From contig NZ_FUWK01000008.1 in the NCBI RefSeq assembly GCF_900167395.1, positions 1 to 32,000 of the forward strand: DNA of 32,000 nt, read 5' to 3'. This document shows positions 6,801 through 13,017 of this stretch, one piece after another. The stretch comes from Nitrosomonas europaea. GTDB lineage: Bacteria; Pseudomonadota; Gammaproteobacteria; Burkholderiales; Nitrosomonadaceae. The notes beneath the pieces are model-generated. The model was not told where the DNA came from, made no database searches, and saw nothing but the letters and a program-made list of their open reading frames with translations. A program made the position numbers and the translations under genes. Numbering within the stretch: position 1 is the stretch's first letter; every line of letters starts with the position of its first letter.

Positions 6801-8009
6801 CTGTTCCGGCAGAGGAACGAATTCTCCACCTTCGTTGGTAGTGAGTACGACCGGGTCCTGCAATCCGATGTATTCGGCGGTAGTCAGCGTAAAGGGAACG
6901 AAGTAGCTGCCGATCCCGGCGCTGTCCTTCAGATAGTCGGTGCGTGTACCGCCGCGGTAGGAAAGGACATTGATAGCCGGTATACCGAGTGCCTGATGCC
7001 ATGCCTTGCGGTTTTCCGGAGCGCTGCCAAGGAAAGTATTGACGAGTATGACCTGCGGGATGATTTTTCCCTGATAGGTGATGAGCGGCTCATCGATTGT
7101 GATATTCCGACGTTCGGCAGGATTCGGGAAATCGGCACTTCCGCGTGGCTGAACGATATCAACGGGATTTTCCCGGGAGTTGTCTGCTCCGGCGCCGGCG
7201 GATCCTCTTTCGCCAAAACCTCGGTTGCCAGTTGCCCCGGGTCGCCTGTTAGATTCATTGGAACCCGATACCTGCACGGTTGACCCGCGTGATATGCGCG
7301 TGCTGCGGTAAAACACGAGCGGCAATGCGCCTGCCTGCTCCAATGCCGACACGACTTCGTCCAGCATGCGTGTCTGTCCGTCGGCGATATAGGTGGAAGG
7401 GATTTCCATGGCGATCACCGGTCTTTCCAGTGCAGGGTCTGCCATCTGTTTTTCCCACCAGTTCAGATACTCGGGCAGTGTCGGAAAAATACTGTCGGCA
7501 TGCCCCGGGTGATAAATGCCACCATCAGGAAGATCTGCCGGGGGTGGTACTTCGCTCAGATCACCTCCCTGCATCCAGATGCGCAGATAATGAAAAAGCC
7601 TTTCCCGGTTCACTTTCTGGCCGGCTACATAATAGCCGTAGAGTCGTTCGGCAATTTCCGGTGCCAATCGTATCGGGCTGATCTGGCCGCCGAAGGTTTG
7701 AAAGGTGACGACAGGTACAGCAGTTTCGCGCAGCAGCTTGCCGGCGATATGTTCGATTTGTGCCTGATCTTCGGCACGGGGAGCATCGATGATGACCAGC
7801 CGTGCTTCTGCCAGTGCCTTGCGCACTCCCTCTTCACCTTCCCGGTCTGCTTGTACCCAGTGCAGATCGATCCCCGAGCCCTCCGAAGCAGCTTGCATCA
7901 GACGGAACTTGTGTTCCAGGACGAACTGGGTCGACAACAGGGCGACCTTGTGTGCAAAAGCGGCAGGGGCTAGCAGTATCAGTGTGATCAGGAGAAATAT
8001 TCGTTTCAT
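3867..8009 (-). CDS. CobN/ChlH (Mg/Co chelatase large subunit) family protein, 1380 aa, with an N-terminal signal peptide and a C-terminal TM anchor.
   Basis: Family motifs VHFGTHGTQEWTPGKE and DALPTGRNMYGFDPGRVPT are present. The N-terminus MKRIFLLITLILLAPAAFA-HK looks like a Sec signal. The C-terminus WLLIGIIAAGAVYQSW-RTYRERQ looks like a membrane anchor. The ORF is open back to 8066, but the ATG at 8009 gives the signal peptide. Confidence 0.85.
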   Translation of the reverse strand: MKRIFLLITLILLAPAAFAHKVALLSTQFVLEHKFRLMQAASEGSGIDLHWVQADREGEEGVRKALAEARLVIIDAPRAEDQAQIEHIAGKLLRETAVPVVTFQTFGGQISPIRLAPEIAERLYGYYVAGQKVNRERLFHYLRIWMQGGDLSEVPPPADLPDGGIYHPGHADSIFPTLPEYLNWWEKQMADPALERPVIAMEIPSTYIADGQTRMLDEVVSALEQAGALPLVFYRSTRISRGSTVQVSGSNESNRRPGATGNRGFGERGSAGAGADNSRENPVDIVQPRGSADFPNPAERRNITIDEPLITYQGKIIPQVILVNTFLGSAPENRKAWHQALGIPAINVLSYRGGTRTDYLKDSAGIGSYFVPFTLTTAEYIGLQDPVVLTTNEGGEFVPLPEQLDLLVGKAINLARLSLRANADKRVALLFWNHPPGEKNQGASNLNVPRSLEYLVEHLRSEGYAFEAVTEQQMIDTVGQMLRPAYRAGGIPELMRTPHWDFLPLARYRAWYATLPESVRNDIEARWGNPEESVWLAHKDSVNGFVIPRMQLGNLVVMPQPSRGEMAGMEEEKKLFHDTRQPPGHAYLASYLWIREQFSADAIVHFGTHGTQEWTPGKERGLWAYDYPNILVGNLPVIYPYIVDNIGEAIHVKRRGRGVIISHQTPAFSPAGLSDDFVRLNDLIREYQSLDQGLVRDNNRKLIIEQAVRMNIHQDMQWKVADLERNFDNFLRDIEDYLEDLGTAQQPLGLHTLGRDAEQAHQISNVMQMLGQPLYDLLGIEDARTLLREDYRKIQQSEPYRFVETYVFSDQPLNDINDPGLRAMAERGRTFRMNLHAAPEIDSIVKGLSSRWIDPSYGGDPIRNPDALPTGRNMYGFDPGRVPTRAAYEAGGQAVEQLIASYKLTHDKFPEKLAFSMWSTETMRHLGMLEAQIFYAMGVRPVWDEGGRVTGMEVIPLSELGRPRIDTVISLTGLYRDQFPNVMERFNQAITLLAEQDEPDSDNPIRANTRRIRAQLKKLGVTPETAREFALTRIFGNESGDYSTRLTQATLASDKWDEKDGKLENLYLSRMSWAYGPNPAHWSQKLTDGKGNEINAYAEHLRGTSAAVFSRSSNLRGLLDTDHPFEYLGGISMAVRHLDGTSPQLYISNLRDPARARLESAEKFMARELRAVYQHPNWIREMQKEGYSGTLQMLDTINNFWGWQVMDRNITRDDQWEEFHQSYIADRYNLDMRDWFEKSNPAALAQIAERMLEAIRKDYWEASEQTRRELVEVYTDIANRHDIQTDNATFKAYVAELAAGYGLNTPDTPVESQANPQPEPQQTADIVRGQQMVETPVQPMIEEILWNYAWLLIGIIAAGAVYQSWRTYRERQAFSGLKLS

Positions 8010-8145
8010 GTATCTGTTGTCATGTACAAAGAATGTAAATCGGTTACCGCCATCAGATTGATACATTCCATGCCGTCCCGGACCAATTGGCTGTAAGTGG
8101 TTTCTGCTGATAGGAACGTGTCGTCATTTGGCTGGATGCCGTGTG

Positions 8146-10419
8146 TCAGAATCGCAAATTGACTTGCGCGACATAGTTGCGGCCAGTACTGATCAGCGAT
8201 TGGAAATAGCGCTCATTCAGCAGGTTGTTTGCGGCAAAGCTGAGCTCGGCCATTTTGTTCCAGGTATAAATGAGTTTGGTATCGAGCAGCCAGAAAGCCT
8301 GATTTCCCCCGTAAACATTGTGAAAGACATCGATGTTTTCTGCGGTATTGAAGGATTTTGATACATGACGGCCGGTCAGGCTGCCTGACCAGTCGTGCCA
8401 GTTGGTTTCCAGCCCGGCAGTCAGGATATGTTTAGGGCTGTTTGGCATCCGTTTGCCTTCGGAATCGGGGCTGGCGCTGTTTTTCAGTGTTCTGGCGGTT
8501 GGCGTCCAGGTATAGTTGGCGTGGAGCTTGAGCCAGCCGGTCAGTACCTGATCGACCGAGAGCTCGATTCCGCGTGTGATCCCTGTCCCTGCATTGACAT
8601 CGGTCGCTTCCCGCAGGGTAGTGGTAAATGTCAGATTTTTTGAAGTAATGAGATCGAACAGGCGGTTTTCAAAGAAAGTGGCCTTGAGCCGGGTGCCGGT
8701 TGCAGCCAGGTGTTGTTCGATGCCTGCTTCCCAGGAGAGTGCGGTTTCAGGTTTCAAACTGGCATTGGCATAATTTATGACAACTCCTCGTCTGGAATCG
8801 GCAAACATATCCTGCAGTGTCGGCGGGCGGAATGCGCGTCCGGCCGAGGCACGCAGTACTCCGCCTTGCCAGGGTGCCTGATACACCAGTGCAAGTTTCG
8901 GGCTGATTTCAACGACTGACTGTTTTTCGGTAGGTTTGACCACGCCAGTCTGCAGATTCCTGCTTTTCCCTTCAGCCGTCCACCAGTCCAGTCGTGTGCC
9001 AAAGTAGGCGGTCAGACGATCGGTCAGAAAGATTTCATCCTGAACAAAAAATGATGTAGTCAGGCTTTCCGAGTCGCCGGTGAGGTTGAGGGCGGTGCGA
9101 GAATCGATGTCCTGCCAGTTGCTGAGTGTGTATTCACGCCGTTTTAACGTGCCATGTTCAACTTGGAATCCGGTGGTGAGAAAGTGACGGTCGCCGAGAT
9201 GAAACGAATACATTCCCTGGCCGTTGATCAATTGCTGGGGGCGGTGTGCGGAGGTGCCCGGGCCACCATCGAATGTGGAATTCTGTCCGACCAGGGTTGA
9301 CCAGTAACCGCGCGACAGGTGATTGAAGCTCAGTGAAAATTTGGAATGATTGGCAAATTCATGTTCGAAATCCAGAAAGCTGCGCAGATCATCTTCGTGG
9401 GTTTCGGCATTCAGAAAAAGTGAAGGAGTGATTCGGCCCAAGATTGTTCCACCAACATTGACTGTGCCGCTGATAACCGTATTGCCGCCGGGATCACGCA
9501 GATATGAGGTCGGATTTTCCGATCTGACATCAGAAAAAAGGTAGCGCAATCCGCCCGAGATGCGGGTAGTCGGACTGAAATCATAATAAGCTTTGATTTG
9601 TCCGACATGGTAATTCCACGGCACGTTGCCACGATCTCCGATCTGGAAAGTGGGTGTACCATTGGTAGTGTGCGTCGGGATTGCACCGGTGACGCGAGTG
9701 CCTTGCGGACCTGCCTGATTGGTAGCCGGATCGCTGAAAGACCAGCTGTCCCTGTAGCCACTGCTCGTTTCATAGCGATAGCCGATGCTGATGGCTAGCC
9801 CGTTATCGAAAACATCACGATAAACTGCGCTGCCGTAGCCACTTTCAGGTGAATTGAACTGGTAGCCGCCAGTCAGCGAAATTTCTTTTTCGGTTGGCTT
9901 CTTTGAAACCACCCGGATGACACCGGCAAAAGCATTGCCGCCATAAAGCGCAGAAGCAGCACCCGGAATGACTTCGATGCGTTCGATATCTTCCGGAAAC
10001 AGGGTAGCCCAGTTGAAGGTTCCGAATGCGGGGTCGTTCATTTTCTGGTTGTCCAGCAAAACCAGCGTTCTTGAGACACCTGAGACTCCGCGGATCGAAA
10101 TACGGTTGCCGCGATTTGCCGAGGGCGCCTGGCTGCCCTGACTGGCTCCCCAGATATAGACGCCTGGTGTTTCCTGCAGGATGTCACCGGCACGGCGTAC
10201 GTTGCGTAACCGGATTTTTTCTTTGTCGAACAGGTGCAATGTGCCGGGAATTTCTTCGATGGATTTATCAGAGAGTGTGGCTGAGATGACCATGGGATTG
10301 AATACGACAGGTTCATCTTTCTTTTTGGAGATACCTGCTTCGTGTGCAGCGTACAGAGCGTTGGGAGATAACGGCAGTGTGAGGTTTGAAACGAGGAAAA
10401 TACAGGCGGTTTTCTTCAT
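8146..10419 (-). CDS. TonB-dependent outer-membrane receptor, 757 aa.
   Basis: Evidence: a signal peptide MKKTACIFLVSNLTL...ALYA; a TonB-box-like NPMVISAT; plug motifs (IPGTL..., ISIRGVSG.RTLVLLDN, IERIEVIPGAASALYGGNAFAGVI); and a beta-barrel ending in ...YVAQVNLRF with the terminal Phe. The ORF also allows a TTG start at 10428. Confidence 0.9.
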   Translation of the reverse strand: MKKTACIFLVSNLTLPLSPNALYAAHEAGISKKKDEPVVFNPMVISATLSDKSIEEIPGTLHLFDKEKIRLRNVRRAGDILQETPGVYIWGASQGSQAPSANRGNRISIRGVSGVSRTLVLLDNQKMNDPAFGTFNWATLFPEDIERIEVIPGAASALYGGNAFAGVIRVVSKKPTEKEISLTGGYQFNSPESGYGSAVYRDVFDNGLAISIGYRYETSSGYRDSWSFSDPATNQAGPQGTRVTGAIPTHTTNGTPTFQIGDRGNVPWNYHVGQIKAYYDFSPTTRISGGLRYLFSDVRSENPTSYLRDPGGNTVISGTVNVGGTILGRITPSLFLNAETHEDDLRSFLDFEHEFANHSKFSLSFNHLSRGYWSTLVGQNSTFDGGPGTSAHRPQQLINGQGMYSFHLGDRHFLTTGFQVEHGTLKRREYTLSNWQDIDSRTALNLTGDSESLTTSFFVQDEIFLTDRLTAYFGTRLDWWTAEGKSRNLQTGVVKPTEKQSVVEISPKLALVYQAPWQGGVLRASAGRAFRPPTLQDMFADSRRGVVINYANASLKPETALSWEAGIEQHLAATGTRLKATFFENRLFDLITSKNLTFTTTLREATDVNAGTGITRGIELSVDQVLTGWLKLHANYTWTPTARTLKNSASPDSEGKRMPNSPKHILTAGLETNWHDWSGSLTGRHVSKSFNTAENIDVFHNVYGGNQAFWLLDTKLIYTWNKMAELSFAANNLLNERYFQSLISTGRNYVAQVNLRF

Positions 10420-10451
10420 GATAAACAAGTCGTTGTTGAATTCTTTTTTTC

Positions 10452-10481
10452 ATTATTGTGTTTAACGCGTTGTTTGATCAA
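10452..10481 (-). promoter_or_regulatory. Putative sigma70 promoter for the TBDR/CobN-like operon.
   Basis: On the minus strand: TTGATC (10481-10476), an 18-nt spacer, then AATAAT (10457-10452), about 30 nt upstream of the ATG at 10419. The -35 overlaps the outer end of the 21-bp repeat. Confidence 0.35.
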
Positions 10482-10498
10482 TGTGACAAATTGTCGCA
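10478..10498. promoter_or_regulatory. Left copy of a perfect 21-bp inverted repeat that contains a 17-bp near-palindrome (operator-like).
   Basis: TCAATGTGACAAATTGTCGCA is the exact reverse complement of 10622-10642. The internal palindrome is TGTGACAA-A-TTGTCGCA, with 7 of 8 symmetric pairs. Confidence 0.7.
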
Positions 10499-10621
10499 GC
10501 CAGGGCGTCTGCAGCATTTCCTGAGGCAAATTTCAAGGTCATCGACGGATGAACGGGGAGTCTTTACGGGTCGATAATTGCCTTGCAGCTGTGGGGAATG
10601 TATGAGGGTTCGATATGCCAA

Positions 10622-10642
10622 TGCGACAATTTGTCACATTGA
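10622..10642. promoter_or_regulatory. Right copy of the perfect 21-bp inverted repeat (operator-like).
   Basis: TGCGACAATTTGTCACATTGA. It lies 123 bp from the left copy, and its outer TTGA runs into a TTGACC -35-like hexamer. Confidence 0.7.
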
Positions 10643-10666
10643 CCCTGAATCGGAAAAAAATAGAAT
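10639..10666 (+). promoter_or_regulatory. Putative sigma70 promoter facing rimP.
   Basis: TTGACC (10639-10644), a 16-nt spacer, then TAGAAT (10661-10666). Confidence 0.35.
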
Positions 10667-10894
10667 ATTTATGATCGATTTCGAGGCAGTACAGGAGTTG
10701 CGATATTGCTGTTTCGATTTCGTTGTCTGAAATTTTGAAAATAAATGACTTTATCCGTTTGTGTAAGGATATTGGTGCATCTGTTTATGTTGATGGGATA
10801 AACTGTATATCAGTGGATTTTTGAAGAGAGGTTTTGATAACCTATTGGAAACATTGGTGTAATATAAATTTCTGTTTTTATGAGTTGCAATTCT

Positions 10895-10903
10895 TGCTAT
10901 AAT
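10895..10903 (+). promoter_or_regulatory. Extended -10 promoter element upstream of rimP.
   Basis: TGCTATAAT fits the TGnTATAAT pattern. It lies 58 nt before the rimP ATG, and AT-rich DNA lies upstream. Confidence 0.45.
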
Positions 10904-10923
10904 GGCAAGCATGGTTTTGAGGG

Positions 10924-10949
10924 TGGGCTGGTTAGCCCATTTTTTATTT
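10924..10949 (+). terminator. Intrinsic-terminator-like hairpin plus T-tract in the rimP leader (possible attenuator).
   Basis: TGGGCT-GGTT-AGCCCA (6-bp stem, 4-nt loop) is followed by TTTTTTATTT. It ends 11 nt before the rimP ATG. Confidence 0.5.
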
Positions 10950-10960
10950 GTGGTGAGACT

Positions 10961-11392
10961 ATGTCATTGTTTGAGCTGCTCGAACCAACGATTGCGGGCA
11001 TGGGATACGAGCTGGTCGATATCGAGCAGTCTGCTCCTGGCAGGTTGTTGCGGGTATTTATCGATAAAAAAGAGGGATCGATAACGCTCGACGACTGTGT
11101 TGCTATCAGTAATCATTTGAGCCAGTTGCTGGCAGTCGAGAATATCGATTATAACCGGCTTGAGGTTTCTTCTCCGGGTCTGGATCGGCCATTGAAGAAA
11201 AAGGCTGATTTTGTTCGTTATATGGGGGAATCGGCGCGGATCAGGCTGCGAATCGCCTTGCAGGGGCAAAGAAATTTTGTGGGAACACTGGTCGAAGTGA
11301 ATGATGATGTCCTGACATTGAATGCTGATGGAAAATTGTTGCAGATTGAATTGAGAAACCTGGAAAAGGCTCGGCTGATTCCAAAATTGTGA
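10961..11392 (+). CDS. rimP: Ribosome maturation factor RimP, 143 aa.
   Basis: [22 protein letters not shown]...[14 protein letters not shown]... matches RimP, and the gene lies immediately upstream of nusA. The internal ATG was chosen over the ORF-track start at 10880. Confidence 0.9.
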
Positions 11393-11444
11393 TTCTGGTA
11401 GATCTGACGATGGGTTTGGGGTTGAAAAATAGGGCTGGAGGAAT

Positions 11445-12917
11445 ATGAGCCGCGAGATTTTACTGTTGGTCAATGCTTTGGCGCATGAGAAGAATGTGGA
11501 TAAAAATATCGTTTTTACCGCACTCGAAATGGCGCTGGCTTCTGCTGCCAAGAAGCATACCCGGGATGATATTGACGTGCGTGTCTCGATCGATCGTGAT
11601 ACCGGTGGATTTCACTGTTTTCGCAGATGGCTGATCGTTGCAGATGATCCGGTAGAGCACCCGGAGCGGCAAATTACGGTGAGTGAGGCTGTAGGGCGCA
11701 ATCCACAGGCTGTTCCTGGGGAATATATAGAGGATCTGATGGAGGATGTCACTTTTGACCGGATCGGTGCACAGGCTGCCAAACAGGTCATTTTCCAGAA
11801 GATACGTGATGCCGAGCGCGAACAGAATCTGAATGATTTTCTTGATCGCGGGGAATATCTGGTGTACGGCGTGATCAAGCGTATGGACCGTGGAAATGCA
11901 ATCATTGAGTTTGGCAAGATCGAAGCAGTTCTGCCACGCGACCAGATGATTTCACATGAAAATCTGCGCATGGGCGACCGTGTCCGTGCCTATCTTCTGA
12001 GAATCGATCGGTCGGTGAGAGGGCCACAGCTGGTATTGTCCAGGACTTCACCGGCGTTTCTGGCCAAACTGTTCGAGCTTGAAGTGCCCGAGATAGAAGA
12101 GGGGATTCTGGAAATCAAAGCAGCAGCGAGAGATCCTGGTTCCAGAGCAAAAATCGCTGTCAAATCGAATGACAGTCGCGTGGATCCGATCGGTACCTGC
12201 GTGGGTATGCGCGGTTCGAGAGTACAGGCAGTTACCAGTGAGCTTGCCGGTGAGCGGGTGGATATCATTCAGTGGTCGGATGATCAGGCCACATTCGTCG
12301 TAAATGCTTTGGCACCCGCTGTGATCAGCAGCATCGTGGTGGATGAGGAGAAGCATTGTATGGATATCGTGGTGGATGAGGAGAATCTGGCTCAGGCCAT
12401 CGGCCGGGGCGGGCAGAATGTCCGGCTGGCATCTGAATTGACGGGCTGGCAGCTCAATATCATGACAGAGGAAGAGTCACAGGAAAAAACTGAAGAAGAA
12501 GCTGCTTCCATTTGTGAGCTGTTCATGGAGAAACTTGATGTCGATGAAGACGTCGGGCGTATCCTGGTGGAAGAGGGATTCTCCACTCTGGAAGAGGTCG
12601 CCTATATTCCAATTGAAGAAATGTTGGAAATACAGGAGTTTGATCGTGAGACAATTGAGGAGTTACGTAACCGTGCCCGTAACGCCTTGTTGACGGATGC
12701 CATTGCGACTGAAGAAAAAATTGGCCATGCGTCCGAAGCGCTGCTTGCCCTGGAAGGAATGGATATCGAGCTGGTGCGTGAATTGGCGGAAAAAGGGATC
12801 AGTACTCAGGAAGAGCTTGCTGATCTGGCGGCAGATGATCTGGTCGAATTGACGGGCATAGACTTTGAACGTGCAAGTAAAATTATCATCAAGGCACGTG
12901 AACCCTGGTTCGCATGA
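11445..12917 (+). CDS. nusA: Transcription termination/antitermination factor NusA, 490 aa.
   Basis: N-terminus [18 protein letters not shown]..., S1 and KH regions (GDRVRAYL..., [35 protein letters not shown]) and C-terminal acidic repeats. GGAGG precedes the ATG. Confidence 0.95.
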   Translation: MSREILLLVNALAHEKNVDKNIVFTALEMALASAAKKHTRDDIDVRVSIDRDTGGFHCFRRWLIVADDPVEHPERQITVSEAVGRNPQAVPGEYIEDLMEDVTFDRIGAQAAKQVIFQKIRDAEREQNLNDFLDRGEYLVYGVIKRMDRGNAIIEFGKIEAVLPRDQMISHENLRMGDRVRAYLLRIDRSVRGPQLVLSRTSPAFLAKLFELEVPEIEEGILEIKAAARDPGSRAKIAVKSNDSRVDPIGTCVGMRGSRVQAVTSELAGERVDIIQWSDDQATFVVNALAPAVISSIVVDEEKHCMDIVVDEENLAQAIGRGGQNVRLASELTGWQLNIMTEEESQEKTEEEAASICELFMEKLDVDEDVGRILVEEGFSTLEEVAYIPIEEMLEIQEFDRETIEELRNRARNALLTDAIATEEKIGHASEALLALEGMDIELVRELAEKGISTQEELADLAADDLVELTGIDFERASKIIIKAREPWFA

Positions 12918-13017
12918 TTCCCGGTCAGGGCCGGATAGTCTCGTACATGCGGGCAGGGAAAAGGGAATGTTTGTTGTGTTTTCGGATTTTTGTTGGATTT
13001 GAAGTAAAAGGTTGCTG

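Noticed and set aside
3861-7973. Numerous 60-270-aa ORFs on both strands inside the CobN-like gene, for example 3861-4676 (+), 4100-4696 (-), 5502-5945 (+), 6323-6754 (+), 7280-7681 (+) and 7500-7973 (+).
   Set aside because: All are embedded in, or antisense to, a 4.1-kb frame with clear CobN/ChlH family motifs. Their translations are Arg/Ser/Pro-rich and low in complexity, with no motifs. They are typical shadow ORFs.
10450-10456. A Fur-box-like fragment (minus strand ATAATGA) overlapping the putative -10 of the TBDR operon.
   Set aside because: Only a 7-nt partial match to the 19-bp Fur consensus. That is insufficient to call.
10429-10660. A possible cobalamin riboswitch in the leader of the TBDR/CobN-like operon.
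   Set aside because: Reading both strands, I found no B12-box-like element (no GCCACTG core or AGYCMGG..CCKGCC-type box) and none of the usual GGGAA/GGTG conserved stretches. A covariance-model scan (Rfam cobalamin models) would be the decisive test.
10964-11551. A 195-aa minus-strand ORF antisense to rimP and the start of nusA.
   Set aside because: It is a shadow ORF opposite conserved housekeeping genes.
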